From assembly GCF_963921235.1 (NCBI RefSeq), contig NC_086108.1:34722001-34786000 (forward strand): 64,000 bases of DNA. The letters run 5' to 3'. Every line of letters begins with the position of its first letter. Positions within the stretch are counted from its first letter, which is position 1. The notes beneath the pieces were generated by a model, which was not told the DNA's origin, made no database searches, and saw only the letters and a list, made by a program, of their open reading frames with translations. Below, one piece after another: positions 23,660-37,552 of the stretch. A program made the translations under genes and the position numbers. Source of the DNA: Mobula hypostoma (Eukaryota).

Positions 23660-24490
23660 AGATGGAAGGGTGGAGATATGTCTCTACCAAAGGATGTGTA
23701 AGGTACTCATTCCCATTCGCTAGCCTGCAGATCACCCTTGGGCAAGGGGCTTATCCTCCTGATTAAGGTCACATGAAACCATGGGAGCAGGTGCTGGATG
23801 GTGGTATGAACAGCTGGTGCATATCACAAGTCCTGGTTATGCGACCATTGACAATCCCTGAAGAGTATTGATAATGGCTGGGATCACCTGTATTAGACCA
23901 TAAGACCAGAAGACAAAGGAGCAGGTCAGCCATTCGGCCTATCGTGTCTGCTCCACCATTTTATCATGAGCTGATCCATTCTCCCATTTAGTCCCACTCC
24001 CCCACCTTCTCACCATAACCTTTGATGCTCTGGCTACTCAGATACCTATCAGTCTCTGCCTTAAATACACCCAATGACTTGATCTCCACTGCTGCCCATG
24101 GCAACAAATTCCACAGATTTACCACCCTCTGGCTAAAAAAATTTCTTCATATCTCTGTTCTGAATGGGTGCCCTTCGATCCTTAAGTCATGCCCTCTAGT
24201 ACTAGTCTCCCCCACCATGGGAAACAACTTTGCCACATCCACTCTGTCCATGCCTTTCAACATTCGAAATGTTTCTATGAGGTCCCCCCTCATTCTTCTG
24301 AACTCCAAGGAGTACAGTCCAAGAGCGGTCAAATGTTCCTCATATGTTAACCCTCTCATATTGTAAAGACACTGTCCAGAAGAAGGCAATGGCAAACAGC
24401 TTCTGTATTAAAATTTGCCAAAAACAGTTGTGGATATAAAGACAGTGAATGCCCACATCATATGAGACAGCACATAATGATGATGATGAT
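23660..24490 (+). mobile_element. RTE-derived non-autonomous element, copy 3, split by CR1
   Basis: Homology to copy 1 resumes after 24358; (GAT)n tail. Confidence 0.72.
23895..24358 (-). mobile_element. CR1 3' fragment
   Basis: LGLYSLEFRRMRGDLIETF; (TCTTATGG)n-type tail; TATT at both junctions. Confidence 0.85.
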
Positions 24491-24526
24491 AAGTCTTGGA
24501 TGGATTCTCGCTGAATCTCTTGTGCA

Positions 24527-24632
24527 GAGATATTTACTCTGTTCCATAGATGCTGCCTGACCTGCTGAGTTCCTCCGGCATTTTGTGTGTGGTGCTTTGG
24601 ATTTCCAGCATCTGCAGCTTCTTTTGTGTTTG
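24527..24632 (+). mobile_element. PLE 3' terminal fragment starting just downstream of the ribozyme position
   Basis: TTTACTCTGTTCCATAGATGCTGCCTGACCTGCTGAG...GCATCTGCAG. Confidence 0.7.
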
Positions 24633-24859
24633 TGTCTTTACTGTTGTTTCCAGCCCTTTAGAAATTCTGTAGCGAATTTCACAGTAAATTTTTGCACAAT
24701 CCAGATTCCTTTCTGTTAAGCCAGAACTTTGCGATTTGTCCTCTTCTGGAAAATGTCCTTATGTAGTTACATTTATCAAAGCAGTTCTTCCTTCTAATGA
24801 GGAGGAGTAAATTCTGGCCAGCAGGGCCAGGGCAAGACAATATTATCAGTGCTTTGTGC

Positions 24860-26470
24860 AAAGTTTAAAGTAAGTTTATTATCAAAGTACATAATGTCAC
24901 CATATACAACCGTTAGATTCATTTCCTTGCAGACTTACACAGTGAATCCAAAAAAAACACAATAGAATCAATGAAAGACCACAGCCAATAGGACAGACAA
25001 ACAGCCATTGTGGAAAGGACAACAGACTTTGCAAATGCGAAAGAGAAATAATAAATAAGCAATAAATACCGAGAACATGCAACGAGGAGTCCCTGAAAGT
25101 GAGTCCATAGGTTATGAGAATAGAGATGGAGATGGGGCAAGTGAAGTAGAGTGAAGTTATCCCCTCTGATTCAAGGTTGAGGGGTAGCAACCGTTCCTGA
25201 ATCTGGTAGTGTGAGTCCCAAGGCTCCTCAACCTTCTTCCTGATGGCAGCAGCGAGAAGAGAGCATGGCCATGGTGACGTGGGTCCTTGATGATAGATCT
25301 GATGTCCTGCAACAGCGTTCCCTGTAGATGTGCTCAGTGTGTAGGTGGGGAGGGCTTTGCCTGTGATGACTGGGCTGTATACACGATTTTTTTGTTGGAT
25401 TCTTTGTTCAAGAGTTTCCATACCAGACCATGGTGCAACCAGTCAATAAACTCTCCACCGCACACCTATAGAATTTTCTGAAAGTTTTAGGTGTCATCCT
25501 GAATCTTTGGAACCTCTAAAGGAAGTAATGGCACTGATGTACTTTCTTCAAAATTGTACTTGGATGCTGGGCCCAGGACAGATTCTCTGAAATGATAACG
25601 TCAAGGAATTTAAGGTTCTCTCCACCTCTGATTCCCTGATGAGGATTGGCAAATAAACCTCCGGTCTCCTGCTCCTGAAGTCAATTTCCAGCTCCTTGTT
25701 CTTGCTGACATTGAGTGAGAGGTTAGTGTTGTGTTACCACTCAGTGAGATTTTCAATCTCTCTTCTATGTGCTGATTAATCACCACCTTTGATTCGACCA
25801 ACAACTGTGATGTCATCAGCAAACTTAAATATGGTATCGGAGCTGTGCTTAGCCTCACAGCCATAAGAATAAAGTGATTATTCTTACTATTAAAGTGATT
25901 ATTGGCAGGGGGCTAAGCACACAGTCTTGTGGTGCACCTGTTCTGATGGAGATTTTGGAGAAGACGTTGTTGCCAATCTGAACTGACTTGGGTCTGCAAG
26001 TGAGAAAATCAAGGATCTGATTACACAAGGAGGTATTGAAGCTAACGTTTTGAAGCTTATTGATTTGTTTTGAGGGGATGATGGTATTGAATGCCAAGCT
26101 GTAGATGCCCTGCCACAGCTGTCAACCATCACCTAGTGACCCAAGTGTGGTCTGAATTGCCACTTCACACATGAGATGGCTTTCTGGAGATCACACCTGG
26201 ACCACTTGTATCTTACATGGTCACCAGACATGAATGCCACTGATTTGGCCCTCAGCAGATTGTGGATCTCAAGGTTCATCCAGGGATTCTGTTTGGGGAA
26301 GACTGAATAATTTTGTGGGGACACACTTGACCACAACTGTTTTTAATAAACTCTGTGACAACCGTGGTGCGTTCATTCAGATCCTCTGTTAAGCCCTTGA
26401 ACATGCCCCAGTCCATCGACTCAGAGAAATCCCATAGCTGCTTCTCTGATTGCTGCAGCCACTGCTTGGA
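24860..26470 (-). mobile_element. Old Rex1-clade LINE
   Basis: Fragments FPKQNPWMN, AFNTIIPSK and GAPQDCVLSP; (TTTRAAC)-like tail. Confidence 0.8.
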
Positions 26471-26489
26471 GCCTAAAAAATAAGGCTAT

Positions 26490-28400
26490 AGAGACTAAGG
26501 TAACTAAGAGGTGGTCACAGGCGGCAGAGGAATGATTACAGGATTGGGCCATGTTGAAGCAGTCATCTGTGGATCTGGGTCATTGTTCAGGGTCTTCCCC
26601 AGTCAGAATCCCTGGATGAACCGTGAAATCTGGAATTTGCGGAGGGCCAGATCAGAAGCAATCAAATCTGGAGATGAAGAATGCTACAAGATATGCAGGT
26701 CTGATCTCCGGAAAGCCATCTCACGGCCAAAGTGGAGATTTTGGACTAGACTGGAATCATTGAGGGAAACTCGATAGCTGTGGCAGGGTTTGAATGCCAT
26801 AACCATCTACAAAGTTAAATCAAGCAACATGGGGGACAGAAGAGCTTCATTTCAATGCATTCTGTGCTCACTTTGACTATCAGAACATGGAGGAGCCATT
26901 GCGCACCCCCATGTCTCCTGATGATCCCTGGGTCTCAGTATCTGAAGGTGAAGTGTGGGCTGCCTTTGAGAGGATGAATCCAAGGAACGTATCTGGTCCA
27001 GACAGAGTAGATGGCTGAGTACTGAAGGCCTGTGCTGACCAACTGGCTGGTGTGTTCAAGGGTATCTTCAATCTCTGGCTTCAGCAGTATGTCGTACCCA
27101 CCTGCTTCAAGCAGGCTTCAATCATACCAGTGCTCAAGAAGAGGGTGGTAATTTGTCTCAATGACTATCGCCCGGTGGCACTTACATCCACAGTGAAGAT
27201 GTGTTTGAGAGGCTGGTGTTGAAGCATATCAGCTCTGGTCTGAGTGGCGACTCAGATCTGCTCCAATTTGACTACTGGAACAACAGGTCCACAGCAGATA
27301 CCATCTCACTGGCTCTTCACACAACCGTGGAACTTCTGGACATCAGAAATGCATACATCAGGATGCTTTTATTGATTACAGCTCAGCATTTAATAGCTTC
27401 ATCCCCTCAAAACTAACCAGTGAACTCCAAGACCTGGACTTCAATACCCCCTTAAGGATTCTAGAATTCCTGACCTGCAGACCCCGGTTATTTTGAATTG
27501 GCAAACACATCTCCTCTACAATCTCCATCTGTGTGGCTAAGTACAGCTCCAATGCCATATTCAAGTTTGCTGACGACACCACTATTGTGGGCCAAAGCAA
27601 AAGTGGTGATGAATCAGCAAATAGGAGGGAGATTTAAAATTTGGCTGAGTGGTGTAATAATAACAACCTCTCGCTCAATGTCGATGAGACCAAGGAGCTA
27701 ATTGTAGACTTCAGGAGAGGGAAACCAGAGGATCATGAGCCAGTAATCATCAGAGCATTGGAGGTAGAAAGGGTCATTAACTTTAAATTTCTGGGAGTCA
27801 CTATCTCAGGAGACCTGCCCTGGACCCATGTAATTGCAAAGAGCGCATGGTAGCGCCTGAATTTCCTTAGAATGCTGCTGAGGTTCGGCATGACATCAAA
27901 AACTTTGACAAACTTTCATATGTGTCATGGAATGTGTATTGACTGGCTACATTACATCCTGGTATGGGAACACCAATCCCTTTGAACAAAAAATCCAACA
28001 AAAGGTCGTGGATTTGACACAGTACGTAACAGGTAAAGCCCTCCCAACCATTGAGCTATCGACATGAAATGCACCGCCAGGTTCAAGGACAGTTACTACC
28101 CTTCAACCATCAGGCTCTTAAACAAAAGAGGATTATTACACTCTCCTATTGAGAAGTTCCCGCAACAAACGATCTCACTTTAAGGACTCGTTATCTTGTT
28201 ATTTCGTGGTCTCGTTATTTGTTGCTATTTATTTATAGTTGTATTTTTTAATAGTTTGTTGCCTTCGATGCTCCTGCTCTTTCATTGATCCTGTTTACAG
28301 TTACTATTCTATAGCTTTGCTGAGTATGCCTGCTGGAAAAAGAACCTCAGGGTTGTCTGTGGTGACATGCATGTACTCTGATAATAAATTTAATTTTGAA
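26490..28400 (+). mobile_element. Old Rex1-clade LINE
   Basis: [42 protein letters not shown]. Confidence 0.85.
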
Positions 28401-29204
28401 GTGGAGGTGAGGATTACTTTTTACACTGGTTGCTGTGATCTGAGATAGACTTTTCTGGGGTTAGTCAATATACTCAGATGCACTGTGGACAACAATATAA
28501 CAGGGATTTCCTAATACTCAGAGTACCAATGCGTGGAACTCCGAGATCTACACAGCAGCTAGTGACCACTTTCAAGGGCAAGCATGTTCCACCTGTGCTG
28601 TCTGATTCTGTGACTAAATTCAGGTCTGACATTTAGCAGGCAGGAGGGATCGGGGCCGGGGAGTAAACAATCAGCTCCTTAAATCCCACCGGCCCCCACC
28701 GTGACATTTTCCTAGCCTCTTGTTTGGGTCTGTCTTAGATTAATTCAGGGCGACTGATCACTGTGACTGATAGAGAAACTTCATGGTTGTTGTTCTACCA
28801 TGTGATTCTCGGCATAGCAAAGGTCAACTGCATGGTGTTTTTTTCATCTGACATTTGCAGTGTTCCTGTGGTATAGCCCAGTGAGCAGTCAATATCTTCA
28901 GAAGTGGTGAGAATCTATTGGTAATGAATAGCAACAAATTTTAAAACAAACACCGCTGCACAGGGAAGGTGTGTGATCCATAATTCATTTTGGAAAGAGA
29001 ATGCTTTTATGGTTTCCTGAGGCTTCACGATGGGTCAGAGGCTGGTGCAATACCATGGGAGTACTCATTCCTGACTGCTGCATTTAACTTGCTGTGTTGG
29101 TATTATTGGAGTGTTCAGTGATGACTTGTGGAGTGGGAGGAATGGGAATTGTGCAGTGATCATTGTGAACTGCATATTAAGCAGGTCATTGCAGGCTCAA
29201 ATAA

Positions 29205-31790
29205 AAGTCAAAGTCAAAGTAAATTTATTATCAAAATACGTAGATGTCACAATATACAACCTTACGATTCATTTTCTTGCAGGTTTTTACTGAAAAATGA
29301 AGAACTACGATAGAATTTATGAAAAACTATACATAAAGATTTACAAACAACCAGTGCGCAAAAGTGGTCAGATTGTGCAAATATAAAAAAAATACTGCTG
29401 ACCGCAGGAGTTGTAGACTCCTTGAAAGTGAGTGTGTAGGTTGTGGAATCAGTTCGGAGTTCAGGTGAGTGAAGTTATCCACGCTGTTTCAGAAGCCTGA
29501 TGGTTGAGGAGTAACAACTGTTCTTGAACTTGGTGGTATGGGACCTGAGACTCCTGTGCCTCCTGCCTGATGGTAGCGGGAACAGAGCACGGCCTGGATG
29601 GTTGCAGGTGCTTGATAGATGCTCTCTGGTGCTAGTCATCCTTCTAAGTATGTTTAAAGGTGGGGAGCGCCTTGCCTGTGATGGACTGGACCATATCTAC
29701 CACCTTCTGTAGACTTTTCTGTTCCTGAGCGTTAATGATTCCACACCTCTGATCCCCTGATGAGGACTGACTCATGGACCTCTGGTTTCCTCCTCCTGTA
29801 GTCAGTAATCAGTTCTTTGGTCTTGCTGACTTTGAGTGAGAAGTCTTTGCTCCAGCACCACTCAGGATATTTTCAATCTCCCTGCTATATGCTCATCCAT
29901 CACCACCTTGGATTTGGCCAATAGCATTAGTGTCGTCAGCAAACATAAGTATGCCATTGGAACTGTACTGAGTCTTACAGTCATAAGTATAAAGTGAGTA
30001 GAGCGGTGGGAGGGTGAGGGGTTAAGCACACAGGCTTGTGCTGAATCTGTGCTGATGGTGATTGTGGAGGCGATCTTGTTGCCAATCTGAACTGAGAAAA
30101 TTGAAAATCCAGTTGCACAAGGAGGTATCCAGGCCTCGGTCTTGCAGGTTGTTGAATAGTGCCGAGGGATGAACGTGTTGAATGCCGAGCTGTAGTCAAT
30201 GAAGAGCATCCTGATGTCTGCACCGTCATACCCCAGATGTCCCAGAGCTGAGTGAAGGGCCAGTGAAATGGCTTCTCATGTTAACCTGTTGTGACAGTAG
30301 GTAGATGGGAGCAGATCCAGTTCTCTGCTCAGGTAGGAGTGAATATGCTTCATGATCAACCTCTCAAAAGACTTCATCACAGTGGATGTCAGTGCCACAG
30401 GACGACAGTCATTGAGGCAGACTACCACGTTCTTTTTCAGGACCGGTATGGATTGAAGACTGCTTGAAGCAGGTGGGGAGCTCAGACTGCCAAAGCAAGA
30501 GGTTGAGGGTGTTCACGAACACTCCAGCCAGTTGATTAGCACAGGTCTTCAGTACTTGGCCAAGTACACCGTCAGGACCAGATGTTTTCCGTGGGTTCTG
30601 CCTCTTGATGAGTTCGGAGAAGAACATAAAGATACGGAAGGCGCTGGCGTGGAGGGCTATGAACGACATGAAGGAAATCTGGAAGTCAAACCTGACCAGA
30701 GGGCTTGAAAAGGGGATTTTCATAGCCGTCATAGAGTCCGTTCTCATGTACGGATGCGAGATGTGGACACTCACCAAGACGATGTGAAAGTCTCTAGATG
30801 GTTGCTATACACGAATGCTCCGGATGGCTCTTGATGTGAGTTGGCAACAGCACATGACGAACGTTGAGCTCTATAACAACCTACTGATGCTCTCCACTAA
30901 AATCAAGGCGAGAAGACTGCAACTAGCGGGGCACTGTCTACGCCACCCCGAGCTACCTGCCAGCCTAGTCATCATATGGGAGCCCAAGCACGGAAGGATG
31001 AACCCTGGGCGCCCTCCCAAGACTATGGTCAACACGCTCCTAGAAGACAGCGGCGCGGCTAATGTAGGTGAACTGAACACACTGATGATGGAGAGGGAGA
31101 AGTGGAGAGTCGGTCATCGTGCCCGACGCCGGCCCCCTAGGCCTGAGTTGACGTAGTAGTAGTAGTCTGCCTCTTGAAAGATGCTCTCACATTGACCTCA
31201 AAGACTGAAATCACAGGATTGCCGGGCGTTTGTGAAGGTGCTACCATGTTTTTTCCATCAAAGCAAACGTAAAAGGTATTGGGCTCACCTGGGAGCAAAG
31301 CCTTGTTGTCAATTACTGTATGTTGCTTGATTTTGGTTTGTATGATATGATGACATTCAAGCCCTGCCATAGCTGCCGGGCATTCTTCTGTGATTCAGGT
31401 TTAGTCCAGAATCGCCAGCTTGCATGTAGGATGGCTTTCTGGAGGTAATACCTGGACCTCTTGTACTTTCCTGGATTGCCAGTCCTGAACCCCTCAGGTC
31501 TAGCCCTCAGCAGATTGTAAATCCAGGGTTTCTGGGTGGGGAAGACCCTGAATGATTTTGTGTGGATACACTTGTCCATGAGAGTCTTTATAAAGTCCGT
31601 GACAACCGTGGTGTATTCATTCAGTTCCTCTGAGTCCTTGAACATGGCCCAGTTCATTGATTTGAAGCAGCCCCATAGTCATTCCCTTGTCTCTCATCAG
31701 CATGTCTTTGTTGTCCATACCTCTGGTGTCTTTGTCTTTAGTCTCTTCCTATATGGAGAAGGAGGAGAACAGCCAAATGAACAGATTTCC
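29205..31790 (-). mobile_element. Old Rex1-clade LINE split by RTE
   Basis: MLFIDYSSAFNT, GPDGVLGQVLKTCANQLAG, FPTQKPW; (ACTTTG)n tail. Confidence 0.85.
30609..31165 (+). mobile_element. Young 5'-truncated RTE-clade LINE with 12-bp TSD
   Basis: ESVLMYGCEMWTL, RRLQLAGHCLRH, GRPPKT; (TAG)n tail; TSD TCTGCCTCTTGA at 30597-30608 and 31166-31177. Confidence 0.9.
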
Positions 31791-31819
31791 TGAAATGTGG
31801 TCCAGGCATCCTTCATGAT

Positions 31820-32803
31820 AGTTATTACGATTATGAGGTCACGCAGTCCCCTTTTATTGTCATTTAGTAATTCATGCATTAAGCAATGATAAATGCTTTT
31901 TCCAGAATGATATCACGAAAAACACATGACAAACCGACTTAAAAACTAGCAAAAACCACATAATTATAACACATAGTTACAACAGTGCAAAGCAATACCG
32001 TAATTTGATAAGAACAGACCATGGCACAGTAAAAGTCTCAAAGTCTCTCGAAAGTCCCATCATCTCACGCAGACGGTGAACCTCCAGTGCCGCCAACTTG
32101 CCGGTGCAGCATCCTGGAAGCATCCGACCACAGTCTGACTCCGAGTCCGTCCAAAAAACTCCCAGCCTCCGACCACCTATTCGACACCGAGCACCGAACA
32201 CCATCTCTGCAGAGCGCTTTGACTCCGGCCCCAGCAACAGGCGATACACAAAAACTGTCTGAAAAGAGGATGCTTTGTAAGTTGCATGCCATCTTGGACA
32301 ATGTCTCCCATCCACTACATAATGTACTGGTTGGGCACAGGAGTACATTCAGCCAGAGACTCATTCCACTGAGATGCAACACAGAGCGTCATAGGAAGTC
32401 ATTCCTGCCTGTGGCCATCAAACTTTACAACTCCTCCCTTGGAGGGTCAGACACCCTGAGCCAATAGGCTGGTCCTGGACTTATTTCATAATTTACTGGC
32501 ATAATTTACATACTACTATTTAATTGTTTATGGTTCTATTACTATTTATTATTTATGGTGCAACTGTAATGAAAACCAATTTCCCCGGGATCAATAAAGT
32601 ATAGCTAAACTAAACTAAACAAAGCCAAGGATTTGGGGCCTTCGTCTCCGGAGATTCTCGATCGCACAGTAGCAGCGGCAGTGAAGCAGGCATTTCAGAA
32701 GTTACTCAAGAGGTTCCTCCGTGCTTCTCACGGCTGTCTCCATCAAATCCAGATTGTGCACGGCCCCTAGTTACACATACAATATCATTCGGAATGGCCA
32801 TGC
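31820..32803 (-). mobile_element. CpG-rich non-autonomous retroposon, unclassified
   Basis: LINE-like tail AATGACAATAAAAG on the minus strand; no ORF; interrupted by Rex1. Confidence 0.55.
32253..32618 (+). mobile_element. Young Rex1 3' fragment (same family as 7431-8848)
   Basis: Near-identical SEKRML...FLPVAIKLYNSS; (CTAAA)n tail; candidate TSD ACAAA. Confidence 0.9.
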
Positions 32804-33299
32804 TAGTCTAGTCGTGGTTGAGTTTGTTGGGTCATTGAATCTTGAATCTTAAAACTTCTGTTGCTGCAGGTCATGTGCTGAAGGTAGTTGGGCAGGGGTT
32901 TTGTCAAGCTAACCTGATTGAGGTCCCTGGCAGGAATGTGAAAGGCATCAAAGTAGGCCATCTCTTGTTTGTTAATCATGGCACTTGACATTTACCTTTG
33001 GCAGTATGTAAATTGCACTCAAGATCTTGGCAGAGAACTCGCTCAGTAATTAGAATGGTCAGCACTTAATCATTGGATGTTCCAGGTCATCTAAATCATT
33101 AGATACCCAGAACTGTATCTCTGTAATTTTAAAAACTTGAACCTGTGCCAAAGCCGCGGTCTAGAATGAACTGAAGTGCAGTATAATTGGCTTCTGGCTC
33201 ATTCTGGTTCCAGATCAGCCCACTATACTTGCAGTACACAGGTAATCTTGCATTCTACACAGATATACTTTACAGATAATGGAATCTCTGCTTTGCAGG

Positions 33300-33580
33300 G
33301 CTGGAGACCCGGGTTCAACTCTGACCTCGGGTGCTCACTGCATGGAGTTTGTGCGTTCTCTCTGTGACCGTATGGGATTCTTCTTGGTGCTTTGGTTTCG
33401 TCACATGTTACACAGACATGAAGCTCGGCAGATTACAGGCCTCCATTAATTACTCTTTATGACAACGTGGAGAAAGTAAGGAATAGGATGAATATAGGTT
33501 TAGTGTTAATGCATGGTTGATGCTTAGCGTGGACGTAGTGGGCTGAAACTCCTGTAACACCCTGTATCTTTCTATGACCT
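33300..33580 (+). mobile_element. V-type tRNA SINE
   Basis: GACCCGGGTTCAACTC, then GGAGTTTG...TTCTC and a CR1-like tail. Confidence 0.65.
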
Positions 33581-34429
33581 CCTCTGCTCCTCCATCGTAA
33601 CTCCATTACAACCACACTGCAGCTCCACTGCCTTTACTGATCAACGTAAGATATACTTGTAAGATGAATTATAACTTCTGATCACTGCATCACTGATTCT
33701 ACAAAGTCACAGTGAGGAACCTAATGTTGAAACTTGTCTTGTGTATCTTGCTTGTTGTTAAGGAAGGTATACGGGGTAGTTTTAGAAAATAAGGAGGTTT
33801 TTACCTCCTATACCCCTTCACTTTACTCTGCATAGATTGTGGCAAAGACATGAAGAAGATAATATTATCAGGCGGATTTCCAGTACAATATCTGAACATA
33901 GGATGGTATGTTCTGTTGTAGGGTCAGCTGTAGTTACAGGTCCCACTTAAAATGCTATTGTTGTTTGACTTCCCACCTCTGATTTATGACCATTGGCACT
34001 TCTGATGTCCAATGGAAACTGAGCTGGAACTGTATGTGAAATTGTAGGAATGGAGAAGATGGGCCACACACTGAAAGGGAAGTTACCTGCTCTACATTCA
34101 CTAGGTCTGCACCTTTTGACTACTGTTGGGGCCCTAATGCAAGGACTAGAAGTCATCTCGCAGGCTGCGTAAGACCACTCCTGTGACTGGAGTGACAGGT
34201 TGACTGTATTCCTGAAGGGTCCATCTCATGGTGTTCCAATTCAGTCTGACCCGTTCTGTGTCTACACTGAATGTGAATTAATCAATTAATAGATATTGAT
34301 TGTTAACTTTCAATATAACCTTTGTTCCCTTTCCCACAATGTTAACTAATAAATTTTGAAAGGTAAATAAAAAGAAAACTTTCAACGCCCTACTGATTTC
34401 TTTCTGATTTCCTCGGCCAAAGGAAGAAA

Positions 34430-34575
34430 GGTTAGCGTTTACATATAATCTTTCACGTCCCTTTTAGATCAGCTCAAAGTACTTTTCAACCAATAAAATA
34501 TTTCAGAACTGCCTGTTGCAGTTTGCTCGCAACAGAATCCATCAAAGACAACATGAACATAATCAGAATACTTTT
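34430..34575 (-). mobile_element. Possible ancient L2-tailed (Deu-type) SINE remnant
   Basis: Weak resemblance to the recalled L2-SINE tail consensus. Confidence 0.35.
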
Positions 34576-34789
34576 AGAATTTTGATAAATATTGGCAACT
34601 CTCAGAATATTCTCGTGTTCTGCTTCTTTGAAGTGGTCATAAAGTCGTAGAGCACTGAAACAGACCACTCAGCCACCAAGTCCATGCTTCTTTCAAGCAC
34701 TTTTGCACAAATTCCATTCTTATCCATTTATCTTTTGCTCTCACTCCCAGCGACTCCCTCCAGATTCTACCAATCAGCCACAAACTCGG

Positions 34790-34950
34790 GACAATTCATA
34801 GTGGCCAGTTAATCTACCAGCATGTTAGTGGTTGTGGGAAAAGCCACACACGGCCACAGGGAGATGCAGTCAGATAGAACCCCGAGGTCAGGATTGAAAC
34901 GATGCCACTGGAACTGTGAGGCACAGCCCTTCTAACTGCACGATTGTGCC
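34790..34950 (-). mobile_element. V-type SINE
   Basis: Homologous to 14290-14492. Confidence 0.55.
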
Positions 34951-36359
34951 TCAGAATAGTTTACCTCCACCCAAGGGAGAAGAAAAGGCTTCATTCCTTA
35001 ATTAATTTTTAATTTCTGGAGACTCTACGATAATCCAGGGCAGTTGCTGTGGTGTGTTACGTTCATTTCTCCAGAGCCCATGGAAATAACTCCTCCAGCA
35101 AATTAAGGATATTAGTCACAGTGCGCTTCAGGTCTATACATCTATTGTCTTCTAGCCAGAAAAGTCTAAACTTCTATTTAATAGCAATAGTTGTGGCTTC
35201 TCAGTGTGCTCATACCAAAATCATTCTCTCTCTGTTGACTTTGAGGTGACACCATTCATATCAAAATCAGATGCAGTATTCAGCTCTACACGAAAACAAG
35301 CTACAGGGTTTTGAAAGTTCAAGGCCTTCCTGTCAATCAAATCACATTGCTTTCCCTTGGTAAGCTTCACTTACAGTTGATGACTTGACCTCACTGACCC
35401 TTCCCGAGCTCTGGAATCCCAAGCGGAATCAGGTAGTTCACTGAGGATAGAGGAAGCCAGAGTTTTGTATCATAATCTGGGTGTTTTCAGAAATCTGTAA
35501 TACTGACAGAGCATAATTTCTGATGTGCATGGCAACTGTGAGTGAGTTACCACTATAAACCATTGCTGCAAGGTCAACACTTGAGTATTGAATTCTACCA
35601 TGGTTCAGTCTGCTAACTGGAAGTCCTTGCATCTGTGATAATTATCATTATTAATATTTTTAAAAGTTCAATGAACTGATCTACATCAAACCAGAAGAAC
35701 CTGTTCATGACTGCAATAATTGCTGCTGCTTCATTTATGTTTATCAGTAAAAATACACCTGGTTCAGGCAGCATATAATCTCTGAAATTCTTCCAGGCAT
35801 AAATTAAGTAACACTTTGTGTTTAAAACCACTGGATTATGGAAGGACTGGAATGGCTGATACGTCAATTACGTCAAGAGAGAAAATGAGTTCATTACAAT
35901 TAATTTCACAGTCATGAAATGAAAACATTGGTGAAAAATGTAATCATATTTTAATGAGATATTTGCTGAATTCATCTCATTAGAGTTTATTTTAATTCTG
36001 TAGCCCAGTCTAATTCTTTGCATTTAATGGTATTTGTGTTGTTTTTAAATGGGTTAAAATTTACTAGGATATTTTTACTGTAGGTTACCCTGTAGTTCAA
36101 GTTTATCTGGTATTCTGGAGGTCTTGATTGATTGGTACTGAAGGTGCCAAATGTGATATTGTTATTAGTTCTCTGGGATATTGTCATTCAGGAGAAAAAT
36201 TCATCTCTATCCATAGATATGAAAAAGTCAGATAGTTATGTATCATCTGAAAATAATATATTCAGATCTTGGTATAATAAAACTTAAAGCTGATTCAGAG
36301 AAAGTTCACAGGCATATCTTAAGTTCTAAGAGACTAAATGAAAATTTATAAAAAACTTT

Positions 36360-36560
36360 ATATGCTGGAAATCTGAAACAGAGAAAGTGCTGGAAAAACT
36401 CAGATGGTCAGGCAGTATGTGTGGGAAGGGAAACCCTCAATGTTTCAGGTCTGTGATCCTTCATCAGAGCTGAGCAAGAGATAACCAAGTAAGTTTTCAG
36501 TAGGAGTAAAGATGGGAGGCAAGGTGTATAGAACAAAGGGAGTGTCTATGATAAGATGAG
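36360..36560 (-). mobile_element. Older PLE subfamily remnant with hammerhead core
   Basis: The minus strand reads CTGATGA-AGGATCACAGACCT-GAAA-CATT at ~36435-36472. Confidence 0.6.
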
Positions 36561-36703
36561 GTGAAATGGCTTAATGGGGTAGGTATCAGCAATTAAGCTT
36601 CTGGGCCTGTATTTTTTGTGTAATGAATTGGTAAGGTAAAGGATCCTACAGGCAGCTAGTGGAATAAAATATTTTATTGTCAAATACCTGGGATTTGAGA
36701 CCA

Positions 36704-37552
36704 TAGTGAATTCCGGTTAATTTGGACATATAAGGACAATACATATTGGCTCAATTAAGCAGCTGCCCCAATTAGTCAACGTTTCATGGAAATAATTAAG
36801 AAGGGTGTAAAAAGACAATCTAACAGTTATCAGAGTAACAAATTACGTAGTTAACTGAAATACAGATCAAATTAGAATACTAGCAATGCTGCTACAGTAC
36901 CATAGAACTGTGTGTTCATTCCTAGTTGTTATTGTCAGAGGAATTCATCCAATGTATCTTTGTGCTGCCACATTCTTTTTTGGTTGACTGTAAATAAACA
37001 AAATCTGAGCAGCACCTAGTGTAGATAAGGGACTGACTTCATACAATGCAATCACTGATTGCATTCTCCAAATCTTTATATTCACTGTAACATTCAAGAT
37101 GATTGTTGATACCTTCAAATTATTCATAGTTCCTAACTTCCTGAAGTAGTGAAAGTGTTTCATTTTCACTCCCAACTGTTTCTGGCATCTCCAAGCCTGA
37201 ATGCTTGAAACCGCAGTGAGCAAAATAGTTCTGAATTGGCTTACTGCTGCTATCTCACCAACCACCAGTGACAAAAATCATTGAATTTTGAAAACAAGCA
37301 CATGCAGCTGACGCTACTTAAAAACTGTTCGCTCTAAGCACTGTGTAGTATCTAACGGCCACACAGTGCATGTGACCGATACGAGTTAGAAACTGTTCAG
37401 CAACAGTCTCCTGCCCCGATTAAGTGGCATTGTGTCCCAAATAAACTAAGTAAACCCTGGCTATTTTCTGGATTAGTTTTTGTTCTTTACAGGTTGTCCC
37501 AAATAAGTGGCTGCCCCGCTTAACTGAGGGTCCAATTAACTGGAGTCCACTG
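36704..37552. mobile_element. Non-autonomous Tc1/mariner (Tigger/pogo-type) transposon
   Basis: Imperfect TIRs TAGTGAATTCCGGTTAATTTGGAC ... GTCCAATTAACTGGAGTCCACTG followed by TA. Confidence 0.78.
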
